The notes under the pieces: model-generated
The model's database searches: none
What the model was told of the DNA's origin: nothing
What the model saw: only the letters and a program-made list of their open reading frames with translations
Translations under genes and position numbers: made by a program
Shown here: piece by piece, positions 36,330 through 45,633 of the stretch
Position numbering within the stretch: the first letter of the stretch is position 1
Layout: every line of letters begins with the position of its first letter
DNA from: Vulcanimicrobiales bacterium
GTDB taxonomy: Bacteria > Vulcanimicrobiota > Vulcanimicrobiia > Vulcanimicrobiales > Vulcanimicrobiaceae
Assembly (NCBI GenBank): GCA_038231455.1
Contig: JBBRLI010000002.1
Location: 96,001 to 160,000 of the forward strand
Direction of reading: 5' to 3'
Length of the DNA stretch: 64,000 nucleotides

Positions 36330-39170
36330 TTATGCTTTGGCGGTGGCCACATCGTCCACGGCCGCGGCCAGTGCCGCAAGTCCGTGCGCAAGGTTGCCGG
36401 GGAAGTGGATGCGCGCGCCGCGCCGGTCGCGTTTGTCGAGCGATTCGAAATCGCCGAGCGCTTGCGAGCGTTCCAGGGTGCGGAAGCCGGTCATGCCGGG
36501 GATTTCGAGGTCGAACGGCACATCGGCGGTGATTTGCAGGTAGACGCCCGTTGGCGGGCCGCCTTTGTGCAGCTGACCCGTCGAGTGGAGGAAGCGGGGA
36601 CCAAACCCGACCGTCGTTGCGACGCGGAACGCATCGCGGATTTTCGTGCGCACCGCGCGGAAGAAGTCGATGTGTTCGGGCGTCATCGCGACGTACGCGT
36701 TGAGTGCAACGTAGTCGCCGGGGCGAATCTGCGCGGCGATCGCGGCAACGGCGGAATCGAGGTCACCGCCGAGGTTGATGCTTGCGGAACCTTTGAGCGG
36801 GATGACGGCAGCGTCGGTCGTCGTGAGCTTGGCGGCGGGTTCGGAGAACTTGCCGTTCTGCATGTATTCCGCGAGCAGTCGTTTCGTGTTGTCTTTGGAC
36901 TCTTGGACGTTGGGCTGATCGAAGGCATCGATGCCGATGACCGAACCCGCCGCGGCCGTTGCGATCTCCCAAGTGAAGAACTGCTCGCCGATGTCGAGTG
37001 CGTCGGTCATCTGCAAGCGGATCACCGGGTGTCCGGCAGCAGCGAGCTCATCGAGGCGTTTTTCCATTGCTGCATCGGCGTTCGGTAAGCCGGCACCGAC
37101 GTACACAAAGGTGCGATCCGTACCGTACGCCTCGACCGCGCCGAGCGGTTCGCCCTCGACGGGAACGATGCCGGTGCCGGATTTGCCGGTCGACTCAGCG
37201 ATGAGCTGCTCGGCCCACGCGCCAAAGGCCGCGAGAAGCGGATGCGTGACGATCGTGAGTTTGTCTTGGCCCGCTTTGGCGAGGCCCCCGATCGCCGAGC
37301 CGAATTTCATCCCCGGTGCATCGGAGACTTTGATCGAGGCGGCATTGGCGAACATCGCGCCTTTGGCGCGATCCAGAATGGTTGTGATGTCGTAACCGGC
37401 GAGGGCTGCGGGGACCATGCCAAAATACGAGAGCGCCGAGTAACGGCCGCCGATATCCGGGGCGTTGATGAACGTGCGCAAGAAGTTATGCGCTTTGGCA
37501 TCGGCTTCGAGTTTCGTTGCGGGATCGGTGATGGCGACGAACTGATCGCCCGCGGTCGTCGATCCGGAGAGCTTCTGCACTTTATCGTAATAATAGCGGA
37601 AGAAGGCATCGGGCTCGGTCGTCGTGCCCGACTTCGAGGCGACGATGAAGAGCGAGGTTTTGATGTCGAGCGCATCATCGAGCGCTTTGACTTGTACGGG
37701 ATCGGTCGAATCGAGCACGTGCAGTTGCGGATAGCCTTCGATTCGACCGAACGTCGCGCGCAAGACGTCGGGCGCAAGCGAGCTGCCGCCCATCCCGAGC
37801 ACGACGACGTGGTTGAAGCGCTTCGCGCACGTTTTGGCAAACGCGACGATGTCGCCGGCCGCCGCGTGGGTGACCTGCGGAATATTCAGCCAGCCTAAGG
37901 CGTTTTTGATGATGGCGACGTGAGCGGGATCGGCCGACCACGGTGCGGGATCGTGCTTCCAAAGTTTGTTGAGAAAATCTCCCTCACTCAACTTCGCAAG
38001 CGCCGCGTCCGCGTCGGCCTTCGCTTTTCCCAGTTGTAAGGACACCCGCTCGTGCGAGCCTTCGGCGAGAGCCTTCTGCTTATACTCGATCGCGGCGAGC
38101 AGCGCCGTGAATGAATCGGCAAACGACGCGAGCCCGTCGACGAGCAGCTTTTCCGTGACGTCGAAGAGCGAGATCTGCGCTTTGGCAAGATCCGCAAGAA
38201 CCGCTTTTGCAGCGTCGAGGTCGGTAAGGACGGTCTCGGCCACGACCGTACCGTGATCGAGCAGCGCATCGAGCGTAGGCGGCGGAACGGTGTTGACCGT
38301 CTCCTTACCGATCACGCACTCAACGTACATCAGATCGCTATAGGCCGGGTTCTTCGTCCCGGTCGACGCCCAGAGCGGCCGCATGACATGCGCACCGGCA
38401 GCACGGGCTTTTGCAAAACGCTCGCCGTGAAAGATTGCAAGAAAGCGTTGGTACGTCATCTTCAGATTGGCGACGCCCGCTTTGCCCAGCAGATGCTCGT
38501 ACTTGTTCCCTGCGGCTATTTTTGCTTCGAGCTGTTTGTCGACGGCGCTGTCGATGCGTGATACGAAGACACTTGCAACCGAGGCGATCCCCGCCACCGG
38601 TTCGCCGCGTCCGATGCGATCTTCAATCCCTTGCACGTACGCAAGGGCCGCCGTTTCGTACCGATCGACATCGAAAAGAAGCGTGACGTTGACGTTGATG
38701 CCCGCGCCGATGACGGCGCGGATCGCCGGTGCACATTCCGGCGTACCGGGAATTTTGATCATGACGTTCGGTCGGTCGACCGCGGCCCAGAGTCGTTTTG
38801 CCGCTTCGATCGTGCCATCCGAATCGCGCGCGAGGGTCGGCGCAACTTCGAGACTCACATATCCGTCGAGGCCTTTGCTTGCATCGTAGAGCGGACGGAA
38901 GAGATCGCACGCACTGCGGATATCTCGCACGGCGAGCGCTTCGAACAAGCGCTGCGGGTCGTGCTCGGTCCCGACGAGCGATTTGAGTTGCGTATCGTAG
39001 TCGTTACCGCTGCCGATCGCCTTCTCGAAAATCGTTGGGTTCGAGGTCATGCCGCGCAGACCCAGATCGATGAGCTTTTGCAATTCGCCCGAGGGGAACA
39101 TGCTGCGACGGATGTTATCGAGCCAGATGCTCTGGCCAACCGCGGTGAGATCGTGAAGTTGCGTGCCCAT
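36330..39170 (-). CDS. bifunctional transaldolase / glucose-6-phosphate isomerase
   Basis: N-terminal QSIWLD, TSNPTIF, MIKIPGT, NVTLLF, RPLWAST; C-terminal GMGGSSL, SKSGTT.E, GGRYSALS, EQLIAESTGK, DQPNVQESK, HSTGQLHKGGP. Confidence 0.95.
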   Translation of the reverse strand: MGTQLHDLTAVGQSIWLDNIRRSMFPSGELQKLIDLGLRGMTSNPTIFEKAIGSGNDYDTQLKSLVGTEHDPQRLFEALAVRDIRSACDLFRPLYDASKGLDGYVSLEVAPTLARDSDGTIEAAKRLWAAVDRPNVMIKIPGTPECAPAIRAVIGAGINVNVTLLFDVDRYETAALAYVQGIEDRIGRGEPVAGIASVASVFVSRIDSAVDKQLEAKIAAGNKYEHLLGKAGVANLKMTYQRFLAIFHGERFAKARAAGAHVMRPLWASTGTKNPAYSDLMYVECVIGKETVNTVPPPTLDALLDHGTVVAETVLTDLDAAKAVLADLAKAQISLFDVTEKLLVDGLASFADSFTALLAAIEYKQKALAEGSHERVSLQLGKAKADADAALAKLSEGDFLNKLWKHDPAPWSADPAHVAIIKNALGWLNIPQVTHAAAGDIVAFAKTCAKRFNHVVVLGMGGSSLAPDVLRATFGRIEGYPQLHVLDSTDPVQVKALDDALDIKTSLFIVASKSGTTTEPDAFFRYYYDKVQKLSGSTTAGDQFVAITDPATKLEADAKAHNFLRTFINAPDIGGRYSALSYFGMVPAALAGYDITTILDRAKGAMFANAASIKVSDAPGMKFGSAIGGLAKAGQDKLTIVTHPLLAAFGAWAEQLIAESTGKSGTGIVPVEGEPLGAVEAYGTDRTFVYVGAGLPNADAAMEKRLDELAAAGHPVIRLQMTDALDIGEQFFTWEIATAAAGSVIGIDAFDQPNVQESKDNTKRLLAEYMQNGKFSEPAAKLTTTDAAVIPLKGSASINLGGDLDSAVAAIAAQIRPGDYVALNAYVAMTPEHIDFFRAVRTKIRDAFRVATTVGFGPRFLHSTGQLHKGGPPTGVYLQITADVPFDLEIPGMTGFRTLERSQALGDFESLDKRDRRGARIHFPGNLAHGLAALAAAVDDVATAKA

Positions 39171-39184
39171 CGTATCCTTCGTTT

Positions 39185-41173
39185 CTAGACGCTGGCGAGC
39201 AGGCCCGAAGCAACGTCGGCGACGTGCTCGGGGGTAAAGCCGAATTCTTGTGCGATCGCGGGAGCGGGGGCTGATGTTCCAAAGTGGTCGAGTCCGTATG
39301 CGATCCCATAGTCGCCGACATATTTATGCCAACCGAACGTGGATGCGGCTTCGATTGAAACGCGCGCCTTTACCGCTGCCGGCAAGATTGTTTCACGGTA
39401 CGTCGCCGGTTGTGCATCGAAAAGCTCCATGCACGGCATCGATACGACACGCGCATGCGTCCCGCGCTCGGCGAGTTTCTTTGCTGCATCGACCGCAAGC
39501 GAAACCTCGGAGCCCGTCGCGATGAGGATGACTTCGAGGGCGCCCGTTGGTTCGTGAAGGATGTACGCGCCTTTGTCGACCGCCGCCGTGCGCTCGCCGA
39601 GGAACGGCAGTTTCTGACGGGAGAGCACGAGCGCCCACGGTCCCGTCTCCGGCTGGATCGCGAGTTTCCAGGCTTCCAGTGTTTCGAGCGCATCGGCCGG
39701 TCGCACGACACGGAAGTTCGGCGTCGCGCGCAAGGTCGCGAGTTGCTCGATCGGCTGGTGCGTCGGTCCGTCTTCGCCCAGCCACACCGAGTCGTGCGTG
39801 AGGACGTAGATCGAGCGGATCTTGTTGAGTGCGCCCAGGCGCATCGCGGGCTTCATATAGTCGACGAAGTTGAAGAACGTCGCGCAGAACGGCAAGAGTC
39901 CGCCGTGGAGTGCGATGCCGTTCATGGCAGCGGCCATCGCGTGTTCGCGCACACCGAAGTGCATGTTGCGGCCATCGTAGGTGCCGGGTTCGAAATCGCC
40001 TGCGCCTTTGAGGTATGTCTTGGTCGAGGGATCGAGATCCGCCGAGCCGCCGACGAGTTCGGGCAGTGCGCTCGCGATTGCATTCATGATCGCGCCGCCC
40101 GATTCGCGCGTCGCAACCGATCCGTTTTCCGCATTGAACGTCGGCCACGGGATCGTGTCCGGGAGTCTGCCGTCGCGGGTGCGCTCGAACTGCGCGGCAA
40201 GCGTCGCGTTCGCGCCTTTCCACTTGTCGTAATGCGCGTTCCAGTCGGCTTCCATTTTGGCACCGGCGACGGCGCGCCCGCGCCAGAACGTGGCGACCTC
40301 AGCGGGGATCAGGAATGCCGGTTCGAGCGGCCAGCCTAACGCCTCTTTTGTTTTTGTGACGTTGTCGGCGCCGAGCGGCTCGCCATGCGCGGCCGACGTG
40401 CCGGCGCGCGGCGAACCAAAGCCGATCGTGGTGCGAACGATGATGATCGAGGGTTTGTCGCTCACGGCTTTTGCCGCGACGATGGCTTTATCGATCGCCT
40501 CGACCTCCTCGCCCGCCTCGACGTGTTGCACGTGCCAGCCGTAGGCGGCGTACCGCATGCCGACGTCTTCGTTAAACGATTTCTCGGCTGGGCCCGCGAG
40601 CGTGACTTTGTTGTCGTCGTAAAAGAGGATCAGCTTGCCGAGTGAGACGTGTCCGGCAATCGAGGAGGCTTCACCCGAGATGCCTTCCATCATATCGCCA
40701 TCGCCCGCCATAACGTACGTATAATGATCGACGAGTGGCTCCGTGCCGCGGTTGTAAACCGCGCCAAGATGCGCTTCGGCCATCGCCATGCCGACCGCGT
40801 TTGCAACGCCTTGGCCGAGCGGTCCCGTCGTGACCTCAACGCCGGCCGTGTGGTGGTATTCCGGGTGGCCGGGTGTGCGGCTGCCGAGCTGCCGGAACGA
40901 TTTGAGATCGTCCAGCGTGAGGTCGTAGCCCGCGAGATGCAAGAGCGCGTAGAGAAGCGCCGATGCATGGCCCGCGCTCAAAACAAAGCGGTCGCGGTTG
41001 AACCAGTGCGGGTTCGTCGGGCTATAACGCAGGTGGCGCGACCAGATCGTGTAGGCCGTCGCGGCGGCGCCGAGCGGCATCCCGGGGTGGCCCGAGTTCG
41101 CTTTCTGCACCGCGTCGACCGCGAGAAAACGGATTGTATTGATGCGCTGCTCGTCGGCGGTGGAATTCGGCAC
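39185..41173 (-). CDS. tkt: transketolase
   Basis: [51 protein letters not shown]...GEDGPTHQP. Start placed at the GTG after a GAGGT RBS. Confidence 0.96.
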   Translation of the reverse strand: MPNSTADEQRINTIRFLAVDAVQKANSGHPGMPLGAAATAYTIWSRHLRYSPTNPHWFNRDRFVLSAGHASALLYALLHLAGYDLTLDDLKSFRQLGSRTPGHPEYHHTAGVEVTTGPLGQGVANAVGMAMAEAHLGAVYNRGTEPLVDHYTYVMAGDGDMMEGISGEASSIAGHVSLGKLILFYDDNKVTLAGPAEKSFNEDVGMRYAAYGWHVQHVEAGEEVEAIDKAIVAAKAVSDKPSIIIVRTTIGFGSPRAGTSAAHGEPLGADNVTKTKEALGWPLEPAFLIPAEVATFWRGRAVAGAKMEADWNAHYDKWKGANATLAAQFERTRDGRLPDTIPWPTFNAENGSVATRESGGAIMNAIASALPELVGGSADLDPSTKTYLKGAGDFEPGTYDGRNMHFGVREHAMAAAMNGIALHGGLLPFCATFFNFVDYMKPAMRLGALNKIRSIYVLTHDSVWLGEDGPTHQPIEQLATLRATPNFRVVRPADALETLEAWKLAIQPETGPWALVLSRQKLPFLGERTAAVDKGAYILHEPTGALEVILIATGSEVSLAVDAAKKLAERGTHARVVSMPCMELFDAQPATYRETILPAAVKARVSIEAASTFGWHKYVGDYGIAYGLDHFGTSAPAPAIAQEFGFTPEHVADVASGLLASV

Positions 41174-41279
41174 AAACACCTCACGTGGCCTGGGGGGAAG
41201 GCGAAGTTCGCCGCCGTCCCGGCCGTTCATGCCGTATCTTAACGGGGGCGTCCGGCCTTGCGGCGTAAGCCCGCTTCCA

Positions 41280-42140
41280 ATGAAGATCGCCGAATGGGAA
41301 AAAGAAATTGACGCGCTTGTCGCCGACCCCGCCGGGGTGCGTGGCAAAGCCGGCAAGGTGGTCGACAAAGTGATCGCCGCGCTCGATGAGGGTCGTTTGC
41401 GCGTGTGCGAGCCATTCGATGGCGGCTGGATCACGCACGCCTGGGTCAAACGCGCGATCTTGCTGTACTTCGCGCGGCTCGATAGCGTGATCGTCGGAAC
41501 GCCCGGCGCGTCGCGCGGCAAATCGGCCACAGAACTGCGCGACGTCGTGCCATCCTATTACGATAAAGTGCCGACCAAACGCAATTACGAGGAACTCGGC
41601 GTGCGCTGCGTGCCGCCCGGCGTTGCACGCTACGGCTCGTTCCTTGCCAAAGGCGTGATCCTGATGCCCGGCTATGTCAACATCGGCGCCTACGTTGATG
41701 AGGGCTCGATGGTCGATACCTGGGCCACGGTCGGCTCGTGCGCGCAGATCGGCAAAGGCGTGCATCTTTCGGGTGGCGTCGGCATCGGCGGCGTCCTCGA
41801 ACCCGCCCAGGCGCAGCCGGTCGTGATCGAAGATGGCGCGTTCATCGGTTCGCGCTGCATCGTCGTTGAAGGCGTGCGGGTTGGCGCAGAAGCCGTACTC
41901 GGCGCAGGCGTCGTGCTCACCGCGAGTACGCCGATCGTCGATGTGAGCGGAAGTGCGCCCGTGACGACCAAAGGCAGCATCCCGCCGCGAAGCGTCGTCA
42001 TTCCCGGAACGCTACCGAAAAAATTCCCGGCGGGCGACTTCGGCGTGCCATGTGCGCTCATTATCGGCACGCGCACCGAAAACACCGATCGCAAAACCTC
42101 GCTCACCGCAGCACTGCGCGATTTCGAGGTTGCGGTATGA
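41280..42140 (+). CDS. dapD: 2,3,4,5-tetrahydropyridine-2,6-dicarboxylate N-succinyltransferase
   Basis: WVKRAILLYF, YYDKVP, GVRCVPP, YVNIGAYVDEGSMVDTWATVGSCAQIG..VHLSGGVGIGGVLEP. Confidence 0.95.
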   Translation: MKIAEWEKEIDALVADPAGVRGKAGKVVDKVIAALDEGRLRVCEPFDGGWITHAWVKRAILLYFARLDSVIVGTPGASRGKSATELRDVVPSYYDKVPTKRNYEELGVRCVPPGVARYGSFLAKGVILMPGYVNIGAYVDEGSMVDTWATVGSCAQIGKGVHLSGGVGIGGVLEPAQAQPVVIEDGAFIGSRCIVVEGVRVGAEAVLGAGVVLTASTPIVDVSGSAPVTTKGSIPPRSVVIPGTLPKKFPAGDFGVPCALIIGTRTENTDRKTSLTAALRDFEVAV

Positions 42141-43276
42141 ACCCGAAGCTGCTCGGAATCGAGCCGTCGGTCATTCGCGCGCTTGCGGCAAAGAAGAAGC
42201 CGGATTCGATCGATCTTGGACTTGGCGAGCCGACGCTCAAACCGCAGCAACGTTTTTTCGAGGCGGCGACGCGCTGGGTTGCCGAGAACGGCACGAAGTA
42301 TACGACGAACGCCGGCGATCTTGCCACGCGCGAGCGCATCGCCGCGCATTACAATTATCCGGGGATGGCGAAGGCGAGTAACGTCTGCATGATGACGGGC
42401 TCGCAAGAAGCCGTTTTCGTAACGATCAAAACGATGTTCGATCCGAGGTTGCACGAATTGCTCGTCGTCGAACCCGCGTTTCCGGCGTACGGCAAGATGG
42501 CGCAGCTCGAAGGCATCGCTACGCGCCGCATCGCGATGCGCGCCGAAGACGATTTCGGCTACGACGTCGATGCGATTCTCGCCTCGATCGGACCGCGGAC
42601 GCGGATGATCGTCATCGGTTCGCCCGCTAATCCCACGGGCGCGGTTTTGCGACGCGCAGATGCAAAACGGCTCGCCGATGCCTTACTCGCGCGCGGCGGC
42701 GAACCGATTTGGGTGCTGCACGATGAAATTTATCGCGAGCTCACTTACGTCGATGATCCGGGTTACCTGGCCCAGGTGTATCCGTACACCATCGTTGCGA
42801 ACTCGCTCTCGAAATCAAATGCCCTGACCGGAATGCGCATCGGCTGGATCATTGCGCCCGATAGCGCGATCGACAAAATCACCCAAACGCATTCGTGGGT
42901 CACGGCGACGGCGAGTGCTTTCGGTCAGCGAATCGCGTATGAAATTTTTGGCGAACCGGGCGCTCTGCAAGAACAATTTGCCTGGTATCGCGACCAGCGT
43001 ACGAAGGTTGTCGCGGCGCTCCAACACAGCGGCATGCGCTTCATCAAACCGGATGGCGCGTTCTACGCCTGCGTGAAGCTGCCGGATGGACTGGACTGCC
43101 TTGTAGCGGCAACCGAACTCGTCGAACAGCGCGGCGTCGTCGCGATTCCGGGGAAGATTTTCGGTTCAACGCTTGCCGGTTGGCTGCGCCTGAGCTGGGT
43201 CGCGCCGATCGACCAATTTACCGAGGGAATTCGCCGAATCGCCGCCCTTGAAGCGCCAAGCGCAGTGCGGATTTAA
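42137..43276 (+). CDS. PLP-dependent aminotransferase class I/II (possibly DapC)
   Basis: DLGLGEP, SPANPTG, DEIY, SLSKSNALTGMRIGW. Translationally coupled to dapD. Confidence 0.88.
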   Translation: MNPKLLGIEPSVIRALAAKKKPDSIDLGLGEPTLKPQQRFFEAATRWVAENGTKYTTNAGDLATRERIAAHYNYPGMAKASNVCMMTGSQEAVFVTIKTMFDPRLHELLVVEPAFPAYGKMAQLEGIATRRIAMRAEDDFGYDVDAILASIGPRTRMIVIGSPANPTGAVLRRADAKRLADALLARGGEPIWVLHDEIYRELTYVDDPGYLAQVYPYTIVANSLSKSNALTGMRIGWIIAPDSAIDKITQTHSWVTATASAFGQRIAYEIFGEPGALQEQFAWYRDQRTKVVAALQHSGMRFIKPDGAFYACVKLPDGLDCLVAATELVEQRGVVAIPGKIFGSTLAGWLRLSWVAPIDQFTEGIRRIAALEAPSAVRI

Positions 43277-43277
43277 A

Positions 43278-45461
43278 ATGAAACGTTCCTTATCAATCGT
43301 TCTTACTCTGCTCATGGTCGCTGGCGTAGCGATACCGACGCATGCCGCTGACGTCGCTCCGCTGCTTGGGTTTTCCGCTGCGACAAGTCGTGTGGAGCGA
43401 ACGCGGGAAGCCACGTTCGACGCCGCACTCAGCGCAAACAATCAGCGCGTTTGGATGAAGCGCATGTCCGCGCGCCCGCACCACGTCGGCTCGCCGCTCG
43501 ACAAGGCAAACGCTGAATTCATCGCTTCGCTCTACCGCAGTTGGGGATACGCGACGCGCATCGAGCGCTTCACGACGCTGTTCCCGACGCCGAAGCTGCG
43601 CACGCTCGAACTGATCGCACCAACACACGTGCGCGCGAAACTCTTCGAGCCGCCGATTCCCGGCGATCGAACCTCGGCACAAGCCGATCGCCTGCCGTCC
43701 TATAACGCGTACTCGATCGACGGTAACGTCAGCGCGCCGCTCGTCTACGTCAATTACGGCATTCCGGCCGACTACGACGTGCTTGCGCGCCACGGTATCG
43801 ACGTGCGCGGCAAGATCGTCATCGCCCGTTTCGGTCACTCATGGCGCGGCGTGAAGCCGCTCGTCGCAGCCGAACACGGCGCGGTCGGATGCATCATCTA
43901 CTCGGATCCCGCCGATGACGGTTACTCCGCCGGCGATGCGTATCCGAAAGGCACGGCGCGGAGTGCCGATGCCGTTCAGCGCGGCTCGGTGATGGATTGG
44001 CAGACGCGCCCGGGCGATCCAAGCGCCGACCGATCCGTGCTCACGAAGATTCCGACCCTGCCGATTTCCTCGAACGACGCGCGTCCACTGCTCGCCGCGC
44101 TTGACGGCGCCGTCGTGCCTGCCGATTGGCGCGGCGGGGTTCCGCTGACCTATCACTTCGGCAACGGTAAAGCGCGCGTGCATCTGCAGGTCGCGTTCAA
44201 CTGGACAACGGCCCCGCTTTACGATGTCATCGCCACGCTTCAGGGAAGCGAATTACCGGATGAATGGGTCGTCCGCGGTAACCACCACGACGGCTGGGTG
44301 CACGGCGCTGAGGATCCGCTCTCGGGACAAGTCGCGATGCTTGAAGAAGCGCGCGCGATCGCCCAGCTTGCAAAAGCCGGATTCCGGCCGCGGCGCACGG
44401 TCATCTTTGCGTCGTGGGACGGCGAAGAACCGGGGCTGCTCGGTTCGACTGCATGGACGAGAGCGCACGCTGAGGACTTGCAACGCCACGCGGTCATCTA
44501 TATCAATACCGATACCGACGATCGCGGCATCCTCGCGGGCGATGGTTCTTCCGTTCTCACCGCGCTCTTCAATTCCGTCGCGCGCGATGTCATCGATCCC
44601 GAACGCCACGTAAGCGTGTACGAGCGCGCACGCGACGCACAACTCGTCAGCGGCGATCGCGCGCTTGCCGACCTCGACACGGATCTTGCGCTCGAGCCTT
44701 TGGGTTCCGGGTCCGACTTCAATCCGTTCTCCGCGCACCTCGGTATCGAAACGATCGATTTTGCATACGGCGGCGAACCGCTCGGTGGGTTGTATCACTC
44801 GAACTACGATTCATTCGATGCATTCACCCGACTCGACGATCCGGGTTTTGCCTATGGCCTGCTGATGGCAAAAACCGGTGGACGGATGATTTTGCGTACG
44901 GCCAACGCCGACGTCTTACCGTACCGCTTCACGCCATTCGCTACGGCAGTTGCCGGCTACGTGAAGAACCTCGATGACGAAATCGCAACGCTACGCAAAA
45001 AAACCGAATCGCGCGCCGCACTTGCGAAACTCAATGCGTACGCGATCGCAAGCGATCCGCTCGCACCGGAAGTGACCGGCCGCCTCGGCACTGCTGTGCC
45101 GACAATCGATACGAGCGCACTGAGCGATGCGATCGCTCGACTGCAAGCTAGTGCCCGCGCCTGCGATGCGCGACTTGCCACAGCGCCTCCAACCCAGGCT
45201 GCCAGCGTCGATACGTTCCTGCGTTCAAGCGAACGCGCACTGCTCGACCCGGCCGGGCTGCCCCGACGTCCGTGGATGCGCCATCAAATCATGGTGCCGG
45301 GACGTTACACCGGCTACACGGCAAAAACACTTCCGTACGCACGCGAGGCCGTCGAGGCCGGAGCATGGGAAGAAGCCCGCACCGGCATCACAACCATAGC
45401 CGCCGCACTCAACCGCTACAGCGACATCATCGACCAAACAACAAAGGCTCTCTCACCATAG
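43278..45461 (+). CDS. M28 peptidase, glutamate carboxypeptidase II-like (PA and TfR dimerisation domains)
   Basis: Signal peptide, LVYVNYG, RG.K, YSDPADDG, GNHHDGW, SWDGEE.GLLGS, GSDF, YHSNYD. Confidence 0.92.
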   Translation: MKRSLSIVLTLLMVAGVAIPTHAADVAPLLGFSAATSRVERTREATFDAALSANNQRVWMKRMSARPHHVGSPLDKANAEFIASLYRSWGYATRIERFTTLFPTPKLRTLELIAPTHVRAKLFEPPIPGDRTSAQADRLPSYNAYSIDGNVSAPLVYVNYGIPADYDVLARHGIDVRGKIVIARFGHSWRGVKPLVAAEHGAVGCIIYSDPADDGYSAGDAYPKGTARSADAVQRGSVMDWQTRPGDPSADRSVLTKIPTLPISSNDARPLLAALDGAVVPADWRGGVPLTYHFGNGKARVHLQVAFNWTTAPLYDVIATLQGSELPDEWVVRGNHHDGWVHGAEDPLSGQVAMLEEARAIAQLAKAGFRPRRTVIFASWDGEEPGLLGSTAWTRAHAEDLQRHAVIYINTDTDDRGILAGDGSSVLTALFNSVARDVIDPERHVSVYERARDAQLVSGDRALADLDTDLALEPLGSGSDFNPFSAHLGIETIDFAYGGEPLGGLYHSNYDSFDAFTRLDDPGFAYGLLMAKTGGRMILRTANADVLPYRFTPFATAVAGYVKNLDDEIATLRKKTESRAALAKLNAYAIASDPLAPEVTGRLGTAVPTIDTSALSDAIARLQASARACDARLATAPPTQAASVDTFLRSSERALLDPAGLPRRPWMRHQIMVPGRYTGYTAKTLPYAREAVEAGAWEEARTGITTIAAALNRYSDIIDQTTKALSP

Positions 45462-45466
45462 CTAGA

Positions 45467-45622
45467 GTCGTCGACGAAGCTCGCCCGTGCACAGGCCTGC
45501 GTCATCAAGAATGCCTGCCAAAGTACCGCGCTTGCGTGTCTCGCCCTTGTGAACGTAAACCGAAACCATTCGCCCGGACTCAGGCTGAGGCAGTTGAAGC
45601 ATAGGCGCCTTTCGTCGCGGAC
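45467..45622. ncRNA. rod-shaped RNA-like element, possible 6S RNA (strand uncertain, minus favoured)
   Basis: The ends of the intergenic spacer are imperfectly complementary over two segments; inner arms pair with G-U on the minus strand. Confidence 0.4.
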
Positions 45623-45633
45623 GAATTCATCGC

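Noticed and set aside
41174-41530. Apparent long overlap between tkt and dapD
   Set aside because: An artefact of longest-ORF starts. The plausible starts at 41173 and 41280 leave an ordinary divergent spacer.
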